This document shows positions 39,339-48,050 of a stretch of DNA of 64,000 nt, one piece after another. Both the position numbers and the translations under genes were made by a program. Source of the stretch: a virus (taxonomy: Duplodnaviria; Caudoviricetes); the IMG/VR virus record IMGVR_UViG_3300049846_001081. One strand, written 5' to 3'. The notes under the pieces were generated by a model. The model searched no databases. It worked only from the letters and a program-made list of their open reading frames with translations, and had not been told where the DNA came from. Each line of letters opens with the position of its first letter. The first letter of the stretch is position 1.

Positions 39339-40060
39339 ATCTATTTCACGGTGATTGTTTAGACATTCTACCAACACTTGCAGATAATTCTGTTGATCTG
39401 GTGTTAGTAGATCTGCCATACGGAACAACAGCATGTAAATGGGATTCTATCATTCCTCTAGACAAATTGTGGGAGCAGTATAACAGAATCTGCAAGGAAG
39501 ATGGTGCGATGGTATTCACCGCAGCACAACCATTCACAACTATACTTGCATCATCAAATCTTGAGAACTTTCGTTATGAGTGGATTTGGGAAAAACCACA
39601 GGGAACTAATCCTATGAACGCGAAAGTGATGCCTCTCAAGTCACACGAAAACATTCTGGTTTTTTATCGCAAGAAACCCACATATAATCCTCAAATGTGG
39701 TATTCAACTCCTTACAGTGGTTTCTCATCAGATACCAGCAAGATTGGGGAGGTTTATGGTAAAGCACAATCAAAGCATCGCGATAATCCTGATGGATCAA
39801 GATATCCAAAGACAGTGTTACGATTCAAGCAAGAAAAGGGATTGCATCCTACACAGAAACCTGTAGATTTAATGGAGTATTTGATCAGAACATATAGCAA
39901 TGAAGGTGATACTGTTCTTGATAATACCATGGGATCAGGTACAACTGGTGTTGCATGTGTGAACACTAATAGAAACTTTGTTGGTATTGAAAGTGATGAT
40001 CAATACTACAAGATTGCCAGTGATCGTATCAACAATCCTCTGCTATCTGCTCTGAATTAA
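39332..40060 (+). CDS. Beta-class N6-A/N4-C DNA methyltransferase
   Basis: GDCL...DLPY (motif IV) near the N-terminus; HPTQKP...VLDNTMGSGTTG (motif I) at the C-terminus; likely start ATG 39332; stop inside R7. Confidence 0.9.
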   Translation: MVNLFHGDCLDILPTLADNSVDLVLVDLPYGTTACKWDSIIPLDKLWEQYNRICKEDGAMVFTAAQPFTTILASSNLENFRYEWIWEKPQGTNPMNAKVMPLKSHENILVFYRKKPTYNPQMWYSTPYSGFSSDTSKIGEVYGKAQSKHRDNPDGSRYPKTVLRFKQEKGLHPTQKPVDLMEYLIRTYSNEGDTVLDNTMGSGTTGVACVNTNRNFVGIESDDQYYKIASDRINNPLLSALN

Positions 40061-40090
40061 AGTTACTCACCTCCAAAGTGTCCTAGTAGT
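40055..40090 (+). repeat. 36-bp element R7
   Basis: Consensus copy, then ATG 40091. Confidence 0.95.
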
Positions 40091-40755
40091 ATGAACGACA
40101 CTATCATGGATCAAGTCTACCACTATCACACCAACTGGAAAGAAGGTAAAGTGAATCAAATGTGGATTCAGCAAGTAGAAGACAAGTTCATTGCTATTGC
40201 ATACAATCCCGAAAAGAATGTGTCAATGCCAATGTCCAAACCCCGCACTTCCTACGATGAAACTCTACAATGGGTTCGCAAGTGGTGTGGAACTTTCTGT
40301 CCTCTTTACTGATTGATTGATGATGAAAAACTACAAAATTACGGTTGAAACATTTGATGGATTGCGTACTATTTGGTATGAAAAATCCAAAGCAAAAAAA
40401 GCAACCGATATTATCTGCAATCGTGTTTATCAACAACTTTGTGGATTGAATGTGAAGCGAATCTCTGTTGATCTTTCCGTATGATTACACTTGCTGTTGG
40501 TGGAGTTATTCTCACCATATTCTGCACCATGTTTTATCTTGAGGACCGCGATGGTGGTGGTCTTTATGATCCCGATCCGTCTGCATCTTACCGTCACAAA
40601 CAATCAAAAAACAAATGAAATACGAAGTCAAACTGTACGTTGGTGGCAAAGTCTTCACTGAAGAAGTATATGCTAACGATCAAAAATCTGCAAGAGAAAC
40701 AGCAGAAGCACGAAATCCTACCGCAAAAGTTATTGGTGTCAATGCAAAGTTCTAG
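40091..40755 (+). other. Small hypothetical CDSs 40091-40312, 40615-40755 and two short ORFs between them
   Basis: 40615-40755 = MKYEVKLYVGGKVFTEEVYAND...ARNPTAKVIGVNAKF, read manually. Confidence 0.6.
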
Positions 40756-40756
40756 G

Positions 40757-40792
40757 AATTAAAATTACTCACCTTGAAAGTGTTCTAGTAGT
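40757..40792 (+). repeat. 36-bp element R8
   Basis: AATTAAAATTACTCACCTTGAAAGTGTTCTAGTAGT, then ATG 40793. Confidence 0.95.
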
Positions 40793-41572
40793 ATGAGCAA
40801 GACTTTCACCGTTCGCTTCACCTCTGAAGCACTCAATTCTCCCGAATACATTGGACCTTTTTACTCTGAAGATGATGCCAATGATTATGCTGATGATCGC
40901 AACAGTTCTTTAGCATTATCTGGTATTCCTTCCTCTGTTGCTTGTTATTCTGTTGTTGACTGATTATGATACAAACTACTCTCACTTTTGAGGAGATTGA
41001 TGCACTTCTCAAGTTCATCGAGTTTCACACTGATTCATTTGTTGACGAAGAATCTGTAGAAGAATTGAATGGAATTGTGGGGTGTGATGTTGATGCACTC
41101 TACACCAAACTTTCTGAAATGCAGGATGAAGTCTGATGCAATTCCAAGTTACTGAAATTGAGTTTGATTTCACTGATGATCTTGATGATGAAGCACTAGA
41201 TGTTGAAACTCAAGATGAGATTTATGATGAGGTTCTAGGTACAATCTGGGAAGCAGATGATGAAGATGATCTCATTGAAGAAATCACATGTGCAACAGGT
41301 TGGTGCATCAAATCCATTGATTATCGTCACATTCTTAACACTTTCTGAAACGAACTAAAATGACACTTACTTCTGACCAACTTCGCAAACTGATTCAACT
41401 TTATGCTGAGCGAGTTGTTGATAGTATGGATGTGCGCGATTTGTGTGCATTTGCCATTGACACAATTTGTGATAACATGACGGACTATAATGAGTCTGAA
41501 TTGATGGAAGAATTGTCGCACTATTATGAGGACGACGAACTCAACGAATTGGTTGAATCTGTCAAGAATTAA
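40793..41572 (+). other. Small acidic hypothetical CDSs 40793-40963, ~40967-41136, 41136-41348, 41360-41572
   Basis: Tiled ORFs; the last stop lies inside R9. Confidence 0.6.
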
Positions 41573-41602
41573 AGTTACTCACCTCCAAAGTGTCCTAGTA
41601 GT
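41567..41602 (+). repeat. 36-bp element R9
   Basis: Consensus copy, then ATG 41603. Confidence 0.95.
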
Positions 41603-41956
41603 ATGAGCATCACACTTGACCTTGAAATGGCATCTGAACTGATCGGATTTATGAATGACTTTCCTGTCGCAGATTTGAATGATTGTGTAGACTTCATCTG
41701 TGACAAGTTTGATGTATCTGCAACCGATGAGTTGATTGATGCTGTTGCTGACTTTTTCTTTGCTAACTGATAACAAATGACACACTACAATCCTTATGTT
41801 CAAAACCTGATTGAGATGGGTTATGATGAGAAAGACTGCCAAACTGTAGCAGTTGCTGGTATGAAAAAGCAATTTCCACTTAACATTCACGGTCGCATCT
41901 TTGAGACTGAAAGTGAATACAAGGAAGCACTTGCTGACTTTATCAATGGTCTGTAG
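41603..41956 (+). other. Hypothetical CDSs 41603-41770 and 41777-41956 (not in ORF track)
   Basis: Read manually; TAG at 41954-41956 abuts R10. Confidence 0.65.
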
Positions 41957-41992
41957 AATTAAAGTTACTCACCTTGAAAGTGTTCTAGTAGT
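41957..41992 (+). repeat. 36-bp element R10
   Basis: AATTAAAGTTACTCACCTTGAAAGTGTTCTAGTAGT, then ATG 41993. Confidence 0.95.
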
Positions 41993-42613
41993 ATGAATCA
42001 AACCACTTACACCTCTCCTGATACAAACAAGACTTATACGGTTATTGAATCACAATCTGAGCGTGGTGCATGGGATAAGGATGGAAACTATGCACCAGTT
42101 GTTGTGACTCAGTACAGCATTTATGATGATAACAAGATGGTGCAATTTGCTTTTGATGTAGAAGGAATTGCACGTTCTGTAAAGCATTATGAATTGCCTG
42201 GTCCTGATTTAGGTTCACGCTTTGACTAAAAGTTTAACATTCAAGAGTCCAAGTAAAGTGAAAACCATCGCATTGATTTTTATTGTTGCGATGATATTCT
42301 CACCACAAGTGAGATACACAACCGCACAAACATTACACACCGTTGCTGATCTAATTTCCCCACAATGAGAAGCGTAAAAGTTCATTCAAGCAAGAGTGTT
42401 AATTTCACATCAAAGGCATCATTTTGGTGTGAGATGATTAATCTTTATAGGCGAATCTATCCGTCACATTCTTTTGCTCAAATCGCAAAACATTTCAATC
42501 TGTCAGAGACAAATACTCGTCGGTATTATTACGGGATTCATCACTACAACTCTTTTCCCGTTTATTATACACAGATGAGGCAGGGTGCATGTGTCTCAAT
42601 TCCACACAATTAA
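41993..42613 (+). other. Hypothetical CDSs 41993-42229, a short hydrophobic ORF, and 42365-42613
   Basis: The last stop lies inside R11. Confidence 0.6.
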
Positions 42614-42643
42614 AGTTACTCACCTCCAAAGTGTTCTAGTAGT
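42608..42643 (+). repeat. 36-bp element R11
   Basis: AATTAAAGTTACTCACCTCCAAAGTGTTCTAGTAGT, then ATAAG. Confidence 0.95.
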
Positions 42644-42667
42644 ATAAGACCTCTGAAATCTCCAACC

Positions 42668-42979
42668 ATGCGAGTCATTGAAAAGCAAATGAATCAAGCA
42701 ATCAGCACTGAAACTGATTGGAAGAAAGATAATACTCAAGTTATCAACATTGAAGGTGTAAGTTTCGTCTATCTGTATAACAATCTGATTGCAATGGTAG
42801 GTGACACTTGGTTAGAATTGTTTGATGGTGGATGGAAGACTAATACCACCAAGTCTCGCCTCAATGCTATTCTCCAAGAGCATGGAAATGGAGAGTACAT
42901 TTTCCAGAAAAACTTCAACTGGTTTGTATCAACAATCAACGGTGATGTTCCTTTCAACAATGGCATCAAACTCGACTGA
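42668..42979 (+). CDS. Conserved phage hypothetical protein
   Basis: MRVIEKQM...DGGWKTNTTKSRLNAIL motif. Confidence 0.7.
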   Translation: MRVIEKQMNQAISTETDWKKDNTQVINIEGVSFVYLYNNLIAMVGDTWLELFDGGWKTNTTKSRLNAILQEHGNGEYIFQKNFNWFVSTINGDVPFNNGIKLD

Positions 42980-42983
42980 CTGA

Positions 42984-43951
42984 TTGAATAAAATGACTGA
43001 ACTTGAACTTCAATGTGTCCATCTTGCCTATCAACTTGCAGAGGAAATCAATGGTGATGTGAGTTGCGTACCTGATGAAGATATGGAGGTTATTCTTAAC
43101 AAACTGAATCGTAATAACGTTCAAGAAGTTGCACAAGAAATCGCTGATCTTGCACACTGGTTTAACTAATGACTGATACCGACAAAGTATTTGCTCTAAC
43201 TGAACTTCTGGGTGATGTAATTCACACTCTTGAAATGAAACAGTATGACATTGAAGATGCTACTCTGTCTTATGAATGTGTGACTGATGCTGATAAGTTT
43301 CGCCAAAAGATGATCGACATTCTTTATCCAAACAAATGACAAAATCAATCAATCAAGAACTCAAAACCCAAGCAGTTGTAGAAGCACTAGAGTTCTACAT
43401 TCAGAATCTCAAAGACACCAACTGTACGCAATCTTCAATCGACTTTTATACTCAAGTATTGAAAGAAGTTGATTCTGAACTCCAACATTCTGTACTCTAA
43501 ACTAATGCAAAAGACATTCAAAAAGTTCATCTGGAAAGACTCAAGATCCAATCAAGTTAAAGTCATTCTAGCAAGGTCAGAATACCAAGCAAGGAAACAA
43601 AACTTTGGTAATCTTGCTGGTTATCTTTACTCTCACTCTGTTGCGCTTGCGCTTAACCCTTCGGGCACTCTAAACTGATGTTTCTCATTCGTTATTTCAC
43701 TCCTTATCAACAACAATGGAGGACACAATCATTCTCTACACTTGATGAGGCACAACGCATGATTGAGTTCTATCGTTCTTGTGGAAGTCCTGCTGAACTT
43801 ATCAACAACTGAAACTCTCATGATTGAAACACTGATCGCATCAATTATCGTAGGACAAGTTATCTCTGGTCCAAACACTTTACAGACTGAATACCTAACT
43901 GAAAGGGATGAAGTTATCACTATAGTGGAGACGATTCAAGAGGTTCCGTAA
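42984..43951 (+). other. Run of very small hypothetical CDSs
   Basis: Tiled short + strand ORFs ending before the terminator at 43960. Confidence 0.5.
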
Positions 43952-43959
43952 TAACATAG

Positions 43960-43984
43960 AGGCACCACATCAGGTGCCTTTTTT
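43960..43984 (+). terminator. Rho-independent terminator ending the early array transcript
   Basis: AGGCACC-ACATCA-GGTGCCT plus a T run. Confidence 0.75.
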
Positions 43985-44213
43985 AATGCCTATTTGTACG
44001 ATTTATGCTAAAAAAACAATAAAAAACGATTAAAAATGTATTAAAAAATATATGTATGTTGTTTTAATCGTCTGATCATTATTGTTATCAATGTGTGATA
44101 ATGATATGAATTCGTATCATTTATGTGCTTGTAATCTCTCTGTGTGCCTATAAACCTCTCCAGATATGTGTGCTGATACCTTATAAATGTGCTGAGGTCT
44201 TGTGATCTAAGCG

Positions 44214-44242
44214 AGCATAACATAACGACCGCACTTTGTCAA
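44214..44242 (-). promoter_or_regulatory. Leftward sigma70 promoter with no downstream ORF
   Basis: Minus strand TTGACA-AAGTGCGGTCGTTATGT(17)-TATGCT, with extended -10 TG. Confidence 0.7.
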
Positions 44243-44314
44243 CTTCCAGGGTCACAAAATCCCCACAATCCCCCCATCAAAATCCACACCCCGCTCATAA
44301 ATACGCCCAGGGAC

Positions 44315-44343
44315 TTGACACTTATTCCCAGGCATCTTACAAT
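44315..44343 (+). promoter_or_regulatory. sigma70 promoter
   Basis: TTGACA-N17-TACAAT; ATAAATA at 44297; AAGGAG RBS before ATG 44372. Confidence 0.75.
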
Positions 44344-44371
44344 ACTCTCATAACACCAAAGGAGCGTACTT

Positions 44372-44545
44372 ATGTCAGTTGCTTATAGTCAAGCGCAGAA
44401 GCAGCGTTATAGGATCACTCTGGATCTATCAGTGTTCGGTGACTTTGACCCACATCAGATTGATTGGGAGAAGTTATTCAAGTTGGAACCTGCAGAAAAG
44501 TGTGATGCTTACGTTGAGGATCTAAGTACACCTGACCGTTGGTGA
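44372..44545 (+). CDS. Hypothetical protein (57 aa)
   Basis: MSVAYSQAQKQRYRITLDL..., read manually; good RBS. Confidence 0.7.
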   Translation: MSVAYSQAQKQRYRITLDLSVFGDFDPHQIDWEKLFKLEPAEKCDAYVEDLSTPDRW

Positions 44546-44554
44546 TTTAGCAGT

Positions 44555-44590
44555 CATTAAAGTTGCTCACCTTTAAAGTGTCCTAGTAGT
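44555..44590 (+). repeat. 36-bp element R12
   Basis: CATTAAAGTTGCTCACCTTTAAAGTGTCCTAGTAGT, then ATG. Confidence 0.9.
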
Positions 44591-44638
44591 ATGAGGGGCA
44601 GACAAACGACCCCCCACACAGACACTAACTCTTCACAA

Positions 44639-44887
44639 ATGACTGTTACTTATCAGACCAACATTCAGGACCAAACCTATAACGGTTGGACGAATTATGA
44701 GACCTGGAATGTTGCACTGTGGATCAGCAATGATGAGGGTCTTTATGACATTGCACGTCGTTGTGATGATTATCAAGACTTCGTAGATGCAGTGGAAGGA
44801 CTTATCACTAAGACGCCTGACGGAGTATCATTCACCAGCGATATGTTGAACTTCCACGAACTCAACGACATGATTGAAGATCTCTGA
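44639..44887 (+). CDS. Conserved phage hypothetical protein (YNGWTNYETW family)
   Basis: YNGWTNYETWNVALWI.ND motif; alternative in-frame start at 44591. Confidence 0.7.
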   Translation: MTVTYQTNIQDQTYNGWTNYETWNVALWISNDEGLYDIARRCDDYQDFVDAVEGLITKTPDGVSFTSDMLNFHELNDMIEDL

Positions 44888-44970
44888 TCTAGATTATACT
44901 CAAAGGGAATAAGATGCGCCCTATAAAGACACTTACTGTTCACACACTAACTAACACACTTTTCCTGATT

Positions 44971-45111
44971 ATGTCTAAGTCCGTGATGCTTTCTCTGCTT
45001 GCTCAAGGTAACACTGGCAATGAGATTCTGTCCATTCTGGATACACTCACTGCTGATCAATCCTCTGAGCAGAGTTATAATGAACCGACCGCAGATGTGA
45101 TTGATTTCTGA
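44971..45111 (+). CDS. Small hypothetical protein
   Basis: MSKSVMLSLLAQGNTGNEILSILDTL... Confidence 0.6.
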   Translation: MSKSVMLSLLAQGNTGNEILSILDTLTADQSSEQSYNEPTADVIDF

Positions 45112-45156
45112 TACTAACTGTGTGCCCCTTGGTCGTTAGACAGAGCGTGAGCGATG

Positions 45157-45185
45157 TTGACACTGAGGGGCACTTATGTTATGCT
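45157..45185 (+). promoter_or_regulatory. Rightward sigma70 promoter with no adjacent ORF
   Basis: TTGACA-CTGAGGGGCACTTATGT(17)-TATGCT; inverted repeat GTGCCCCT(45122)/AGGGGCAC(45166) spans the -35. Confidence 0.75.
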
Positions 45186-45191
45186 TGGTGA

Positions 45192-45300
45192 TGACAGTGG
45201 TTCGGCAGTTATTTGCGGTCGGTTGTTTATATCGTCGGCGGGCGTCGCGTATATAAAAATCCCAAACTACCCTAACCTACAGAGGTGACAAAACGCGAGC
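45192..45300 (+). ncRNA. Candidate structured non-coding RNA or origin transcript
   Basis: GT-rich 5' half pairs with AC-rich 3' half in a long imperfect hairpin (45197-45280); lies downstream of a consensus promoter; no ORF. Confidence 0.4.
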
Positions 45301-45334
45301 TCTATATCAATCTCATAAAAATTTTTCCGGAAGT

Positions 45335-45493
45335 ATGATCAGTCGTAAAAACCCCCACAGAACTCCTTACTGGAATTTTTGGAGAGTAATTTTCGCAGGA
45401 TGGATAATCAGATATCCAAAGACAATGGGTAGAATTGTATTCGTCCCCCTGGGATTTTTGATAGTAATGATATATAATGCGTTAAGTAAGTAG
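45335..45493 (+). CDS. Small membrane-like hypothetical protein (52 aa)
   Basis: MISRKNPHRTPYWNFWRVIFAGWIIRYP..., read manually. Confidence 0.55.
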   Translation: MISRKNPHRTPYWNFWRVIFAGWIIRYPKTMGRIVFVPLGFLIVMIYNALSK

Positions 45494-45529
45494 TTTGCCC
45501 CCATAAAAATTTTTGGGAAATTTTTTTAT

Positions 45530-45721
45530 ATGGAAAAGATTTATCACATTTATGCAAAAGATAAATGTTTATTTCACTCTCTCAAGGAAGAAGAATTTAG
45601 AGTAACATGGAATACTTTGAAGAGACTCGTTGGGGTGATGAAGAGTGATTATGCTGAGGAAGATTTAAGTTTTGTAGAACTACAAGTAAATAAAGAATTA
45701 TCACGCAATTCTTCTTATTGA
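45530..45721 (+). CDS. Hypothetical protein
   Basis: 63-aa ORF. Confidence 0.65.
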   Translation: MEKIYHIYAKDKCLFHSLKEEEFRVTWNTLKRLVGVMKSDYAEEDLSFVELQVNKELSRNSSY

Positions 45722-45770
45722 CAAAAGCATATATAGACTGATAAAATTGATCTGAAGGTTAATTTAACTT

Positions 45771-46538
45771 ATGGCAAAAGGATTTACTGTAAAGGCATCA
45801 GCACCAAAACCAAAAACTGAAGAATGGGATATTGATGCAATTAAACAAAGAATGCGAGGAAAGAATATTGTATTCTGTCTTCCTGGACGTGGATGTTCTT
45901 TCACTTTTCTAAAAGCATTTGTACAACTATGTTTTGACATGGTACAAAATGGAATGAGTATTCAGATTTCACAAGATTACTCATCAATGGTTAATTTTGC
46001 ACGTTGCAAATGTTTAGGTGCAAATGTTCTTCGTGGACCTAAGCAAGTACCTTGGGATGGAAAACTAGAATATGATTATCAACTTTGGATTGATAGTGAT
46101 ATTGTTTTTGATTCTAACAAGTTCTGGCAACTCTGTGATCTAGCACTTTCAGAAGATGGCACAGAAAAAGAAGTAGTTGCTGGGTGGTATGCTACTGAAG
46201 ATGGTCACACAACTTCTGTCGCACACTGGTTAGAAGAAGATGATTTCCGTAAGAATGGTGGAGTGATGAATCACGAAACTGTGGAATCAATTCAGAAACG
46301 TCGTAAGCCATTCACTGTAGATTACACAGGTTTTGGGTGGGTGCTCATTAAGAAGGGTGTATTTGAGAATCTTGAATATCCTTGGTTTGCTCCAAAGATG
46401 CAAGTCTTTGAGTCAGGGAATGTTCAGGATATGTGTGGAGAAGATGTATCATTCTGTCTTGATGCAAAAGAGGCAGGCTTTGAGATCTGGTGCGATCCTC
46501 GTATCAGAGTGGGACATGAAAAAACTCGCATAATCTAA
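45771..46538 (+). CDS. GT-A fold glycosyltransferase-like protein
   Basis: ARCK...LWIDSDIVF (DxD)...VDYTGFGWVLIKKGVFE...GEDVSFC...DP..RVGHEK; TTGACA-N18-TAAAAT upstream at 45718. Confidence 0.75.
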   Translation: MAKGFTVKASAPKPKTEEWDIDAIKQRMRGKNIVFCLPGRGCSFTFLKAFVQLCFDMVQNGMSIQISQDYSSMVNFARCKCLGANVLRGPKQVPWDGKLEYDYQLWIDSDIVFDSNKFWQLCDLALSEDGTEKEVVAGWYATEDGHTTSVAHWLEEDDFRKNGGVMNHETVESIQKRRKPFTVDYTGFGWVLIKKGVFENLEYPWFAPKMQVFESGNVQDMCGEDVSFCLDAKEAGFEIWCDPRIRVGHEKTRII

Positions 46539-46823
46539 TGAAATACAACGTTCTTTATAATGGGCGTAAAATTTATATGAACCTCAGTGCTGAAGAATGT
46601 ACTGAGGTTCTTCAAGACTTTTCCGAACGGTTTTTCTCGGAAGAAAATATTGATCCTAGTTTAATTGAATTGGAGGAAATTTATGGCTAAAGGTGGAAGT
46701 AATAAAGTACTGTTTCAACCAGGAGCACCCAAGAAGACTCGTCAGGGGCGTTCTCCTCGCACATTACTTAGTGCAACCTCTCGTAATGGACGCAAAAAGA
46801 AATATCGCGGTCAAGGAAAATAA
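46538..46823 (+). other. Two small CDSs: 46538-46690 and basic 46683-46823
   Basis: Read manually; the second is PKKTRQG...SRNGRKKKYRGQGK. Confidence 0.6.
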
Positions 46824-46828
46824 TATTC

Positions 46829-46862
46829 AGAGTGCTTAAATAGAAATAAGCACTCTTTTTTT
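46829..46862 (+). terminator. Terminator hairpin containing a TAAATA late-promoter core
   Basis: AGAGTGCTTA-N8-TAAGCACTCT plus a T run. Confidence 0.7.
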
Positions 46863-47625
46863 ATGTTTTCAGATAAAGAACTTTATATCTTAAATTGGAT
46901 AAAGGAAGTATCAAAAATTCGTCCAGAGTTGAATGGATTTGCAATCTGTCCTTTTGCATCTAAATCAAAATTTAAGATCATAGAGTGCTCTGTAGAAGAT
47001 ATTTTACCAATAGAAGGATATCAAGTCATCATTTATATCATTGAAGATTACTTTGATTTAGATACGGTTCAATTATGGGTAGACTATTACAATCAAAAAC
47101 ATGAGGGTTGGAAATTTTTTGAAGATTGTGGTGCATATAAGACATATATTAAAGATATTCAAACAAATAACGGCAAATATAATTTAATATTGGGACAACC
47201 AACTGATAAATTACGTAAATTTAGAGAAAATCTTGCTAAAACTGAGTATTATAAGATGTGGGATGATGAGTACTTGAAGGAAATTCTTGAAGATGACTAT
47301 GATTTGATTGAAAAACGGGATAGCAACCCCGTAAAAAGTTCTGATTTAACAGATCAGGAGCAAAAAAATGACCAAACAAGTGGATAAAGACGAAAATTTC
47401 ATGAAAAATGAGTGGGGAACTCAATATTTGGCATCTGAATATGGTTGGGAATCTAAAGTTGAGAGGCAAAAAATGCTTCGTGAAATTGCAAATGACGATT
47501 TAACCCCCAAAAAACACGATTTTTACCATCAAAACGAAATTCATCAAAAAATTCGTAATGACGAAGACTATGATGACTGGGAATATGGCACTGAACCCCT
47601 TTATGAATCCAAAAATCCCGAATAA
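46863..47625 (+). other. Hypothetical CDSs 46863-47387 (CPFA motif) and 47368-47625
   Basis: ORF track; they tile in front of gp25. Confidence 0.65.
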
Positions 47626-47648
47626 ATAAGACAGAATTATTATAATCA

Positions 47649-48050
47649 ATGCCTTTAGAAAGGGTTAGTCAAGGATTTAAAGATATCAGTATGTCATTTC
47701 AGATTAACCCTCTGAATAGTGACTTGATTGCCCTTAAAAATGAAACTGCAATTTCTCGTTCAATTCGTAATATTGTTTTTACAGTTCCGGGTGAGAAATT
47801 TTTTAATGAAAACTTCGGATCAAATATCTCTAGATCTATTTTTGAAAATGTTGATGACATTTCGGCATCAGTAATTGTTGATGAAATTAGACAATCCATT
47901 CAAAATTATGAACCAAGAGTTGAATTGATTGATGTTCAGGCATATCCTGACTACGATAACAACTCATTTGATGTTATTATCACTTACAATATTATTGGTG
48001 CAGACGTACCTGCACAACAACTACAGTTTGTATTGCAACCAACAAGGTAA
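47649..48050 (+). CDS. gp25: Baseplate wedge subunit (GPW/gp25 family)
   Basis: FKDISMSF..NP...I.RSIRNIV.T.PGEKFF..NFGS...QNYEPRV; ATAAATA at 47622. Confidence 0.9.
   Translation: MPLERVSQGFKDISMSFQINPLNSDLIALKNETAISRSIRNIVFTVPGEKFFNENFGSNISRSIFENVDDISASVIVDEIRQSIQNYEPRVELIDVQAYPDYDNNSFDVIITYNIIGADVPAQQLQFVLQPTR

Noticed and set aside
44041-44223. Minus-strand 60-aa ORF in the AT-rich intergenic region
   Set aside because: Its start lies within the leftward promoter itself, so it would not be on that transcript; composition is low-complexity.
30643-44590. 36-bp direct repeats as a CRISPR array
   Set aside because: The length is CRISPR-like, but the intervals are 0.35-2.3 kb of intact genes rather than 30-40 bp spacers, and there are no cas genes.
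30643-44590. Classical integron
   Set aside because: No IntI or tyrosine recombinase in the window and no RYYYAAC/GTTRRRY core sites; kept only as an analogy.
45192-45300. tRNA or known ribozyme
   Set aside because: No cloverleaf, T-loop (TTCGA) or CCA, and no hammerhead or HDV core recognisable.
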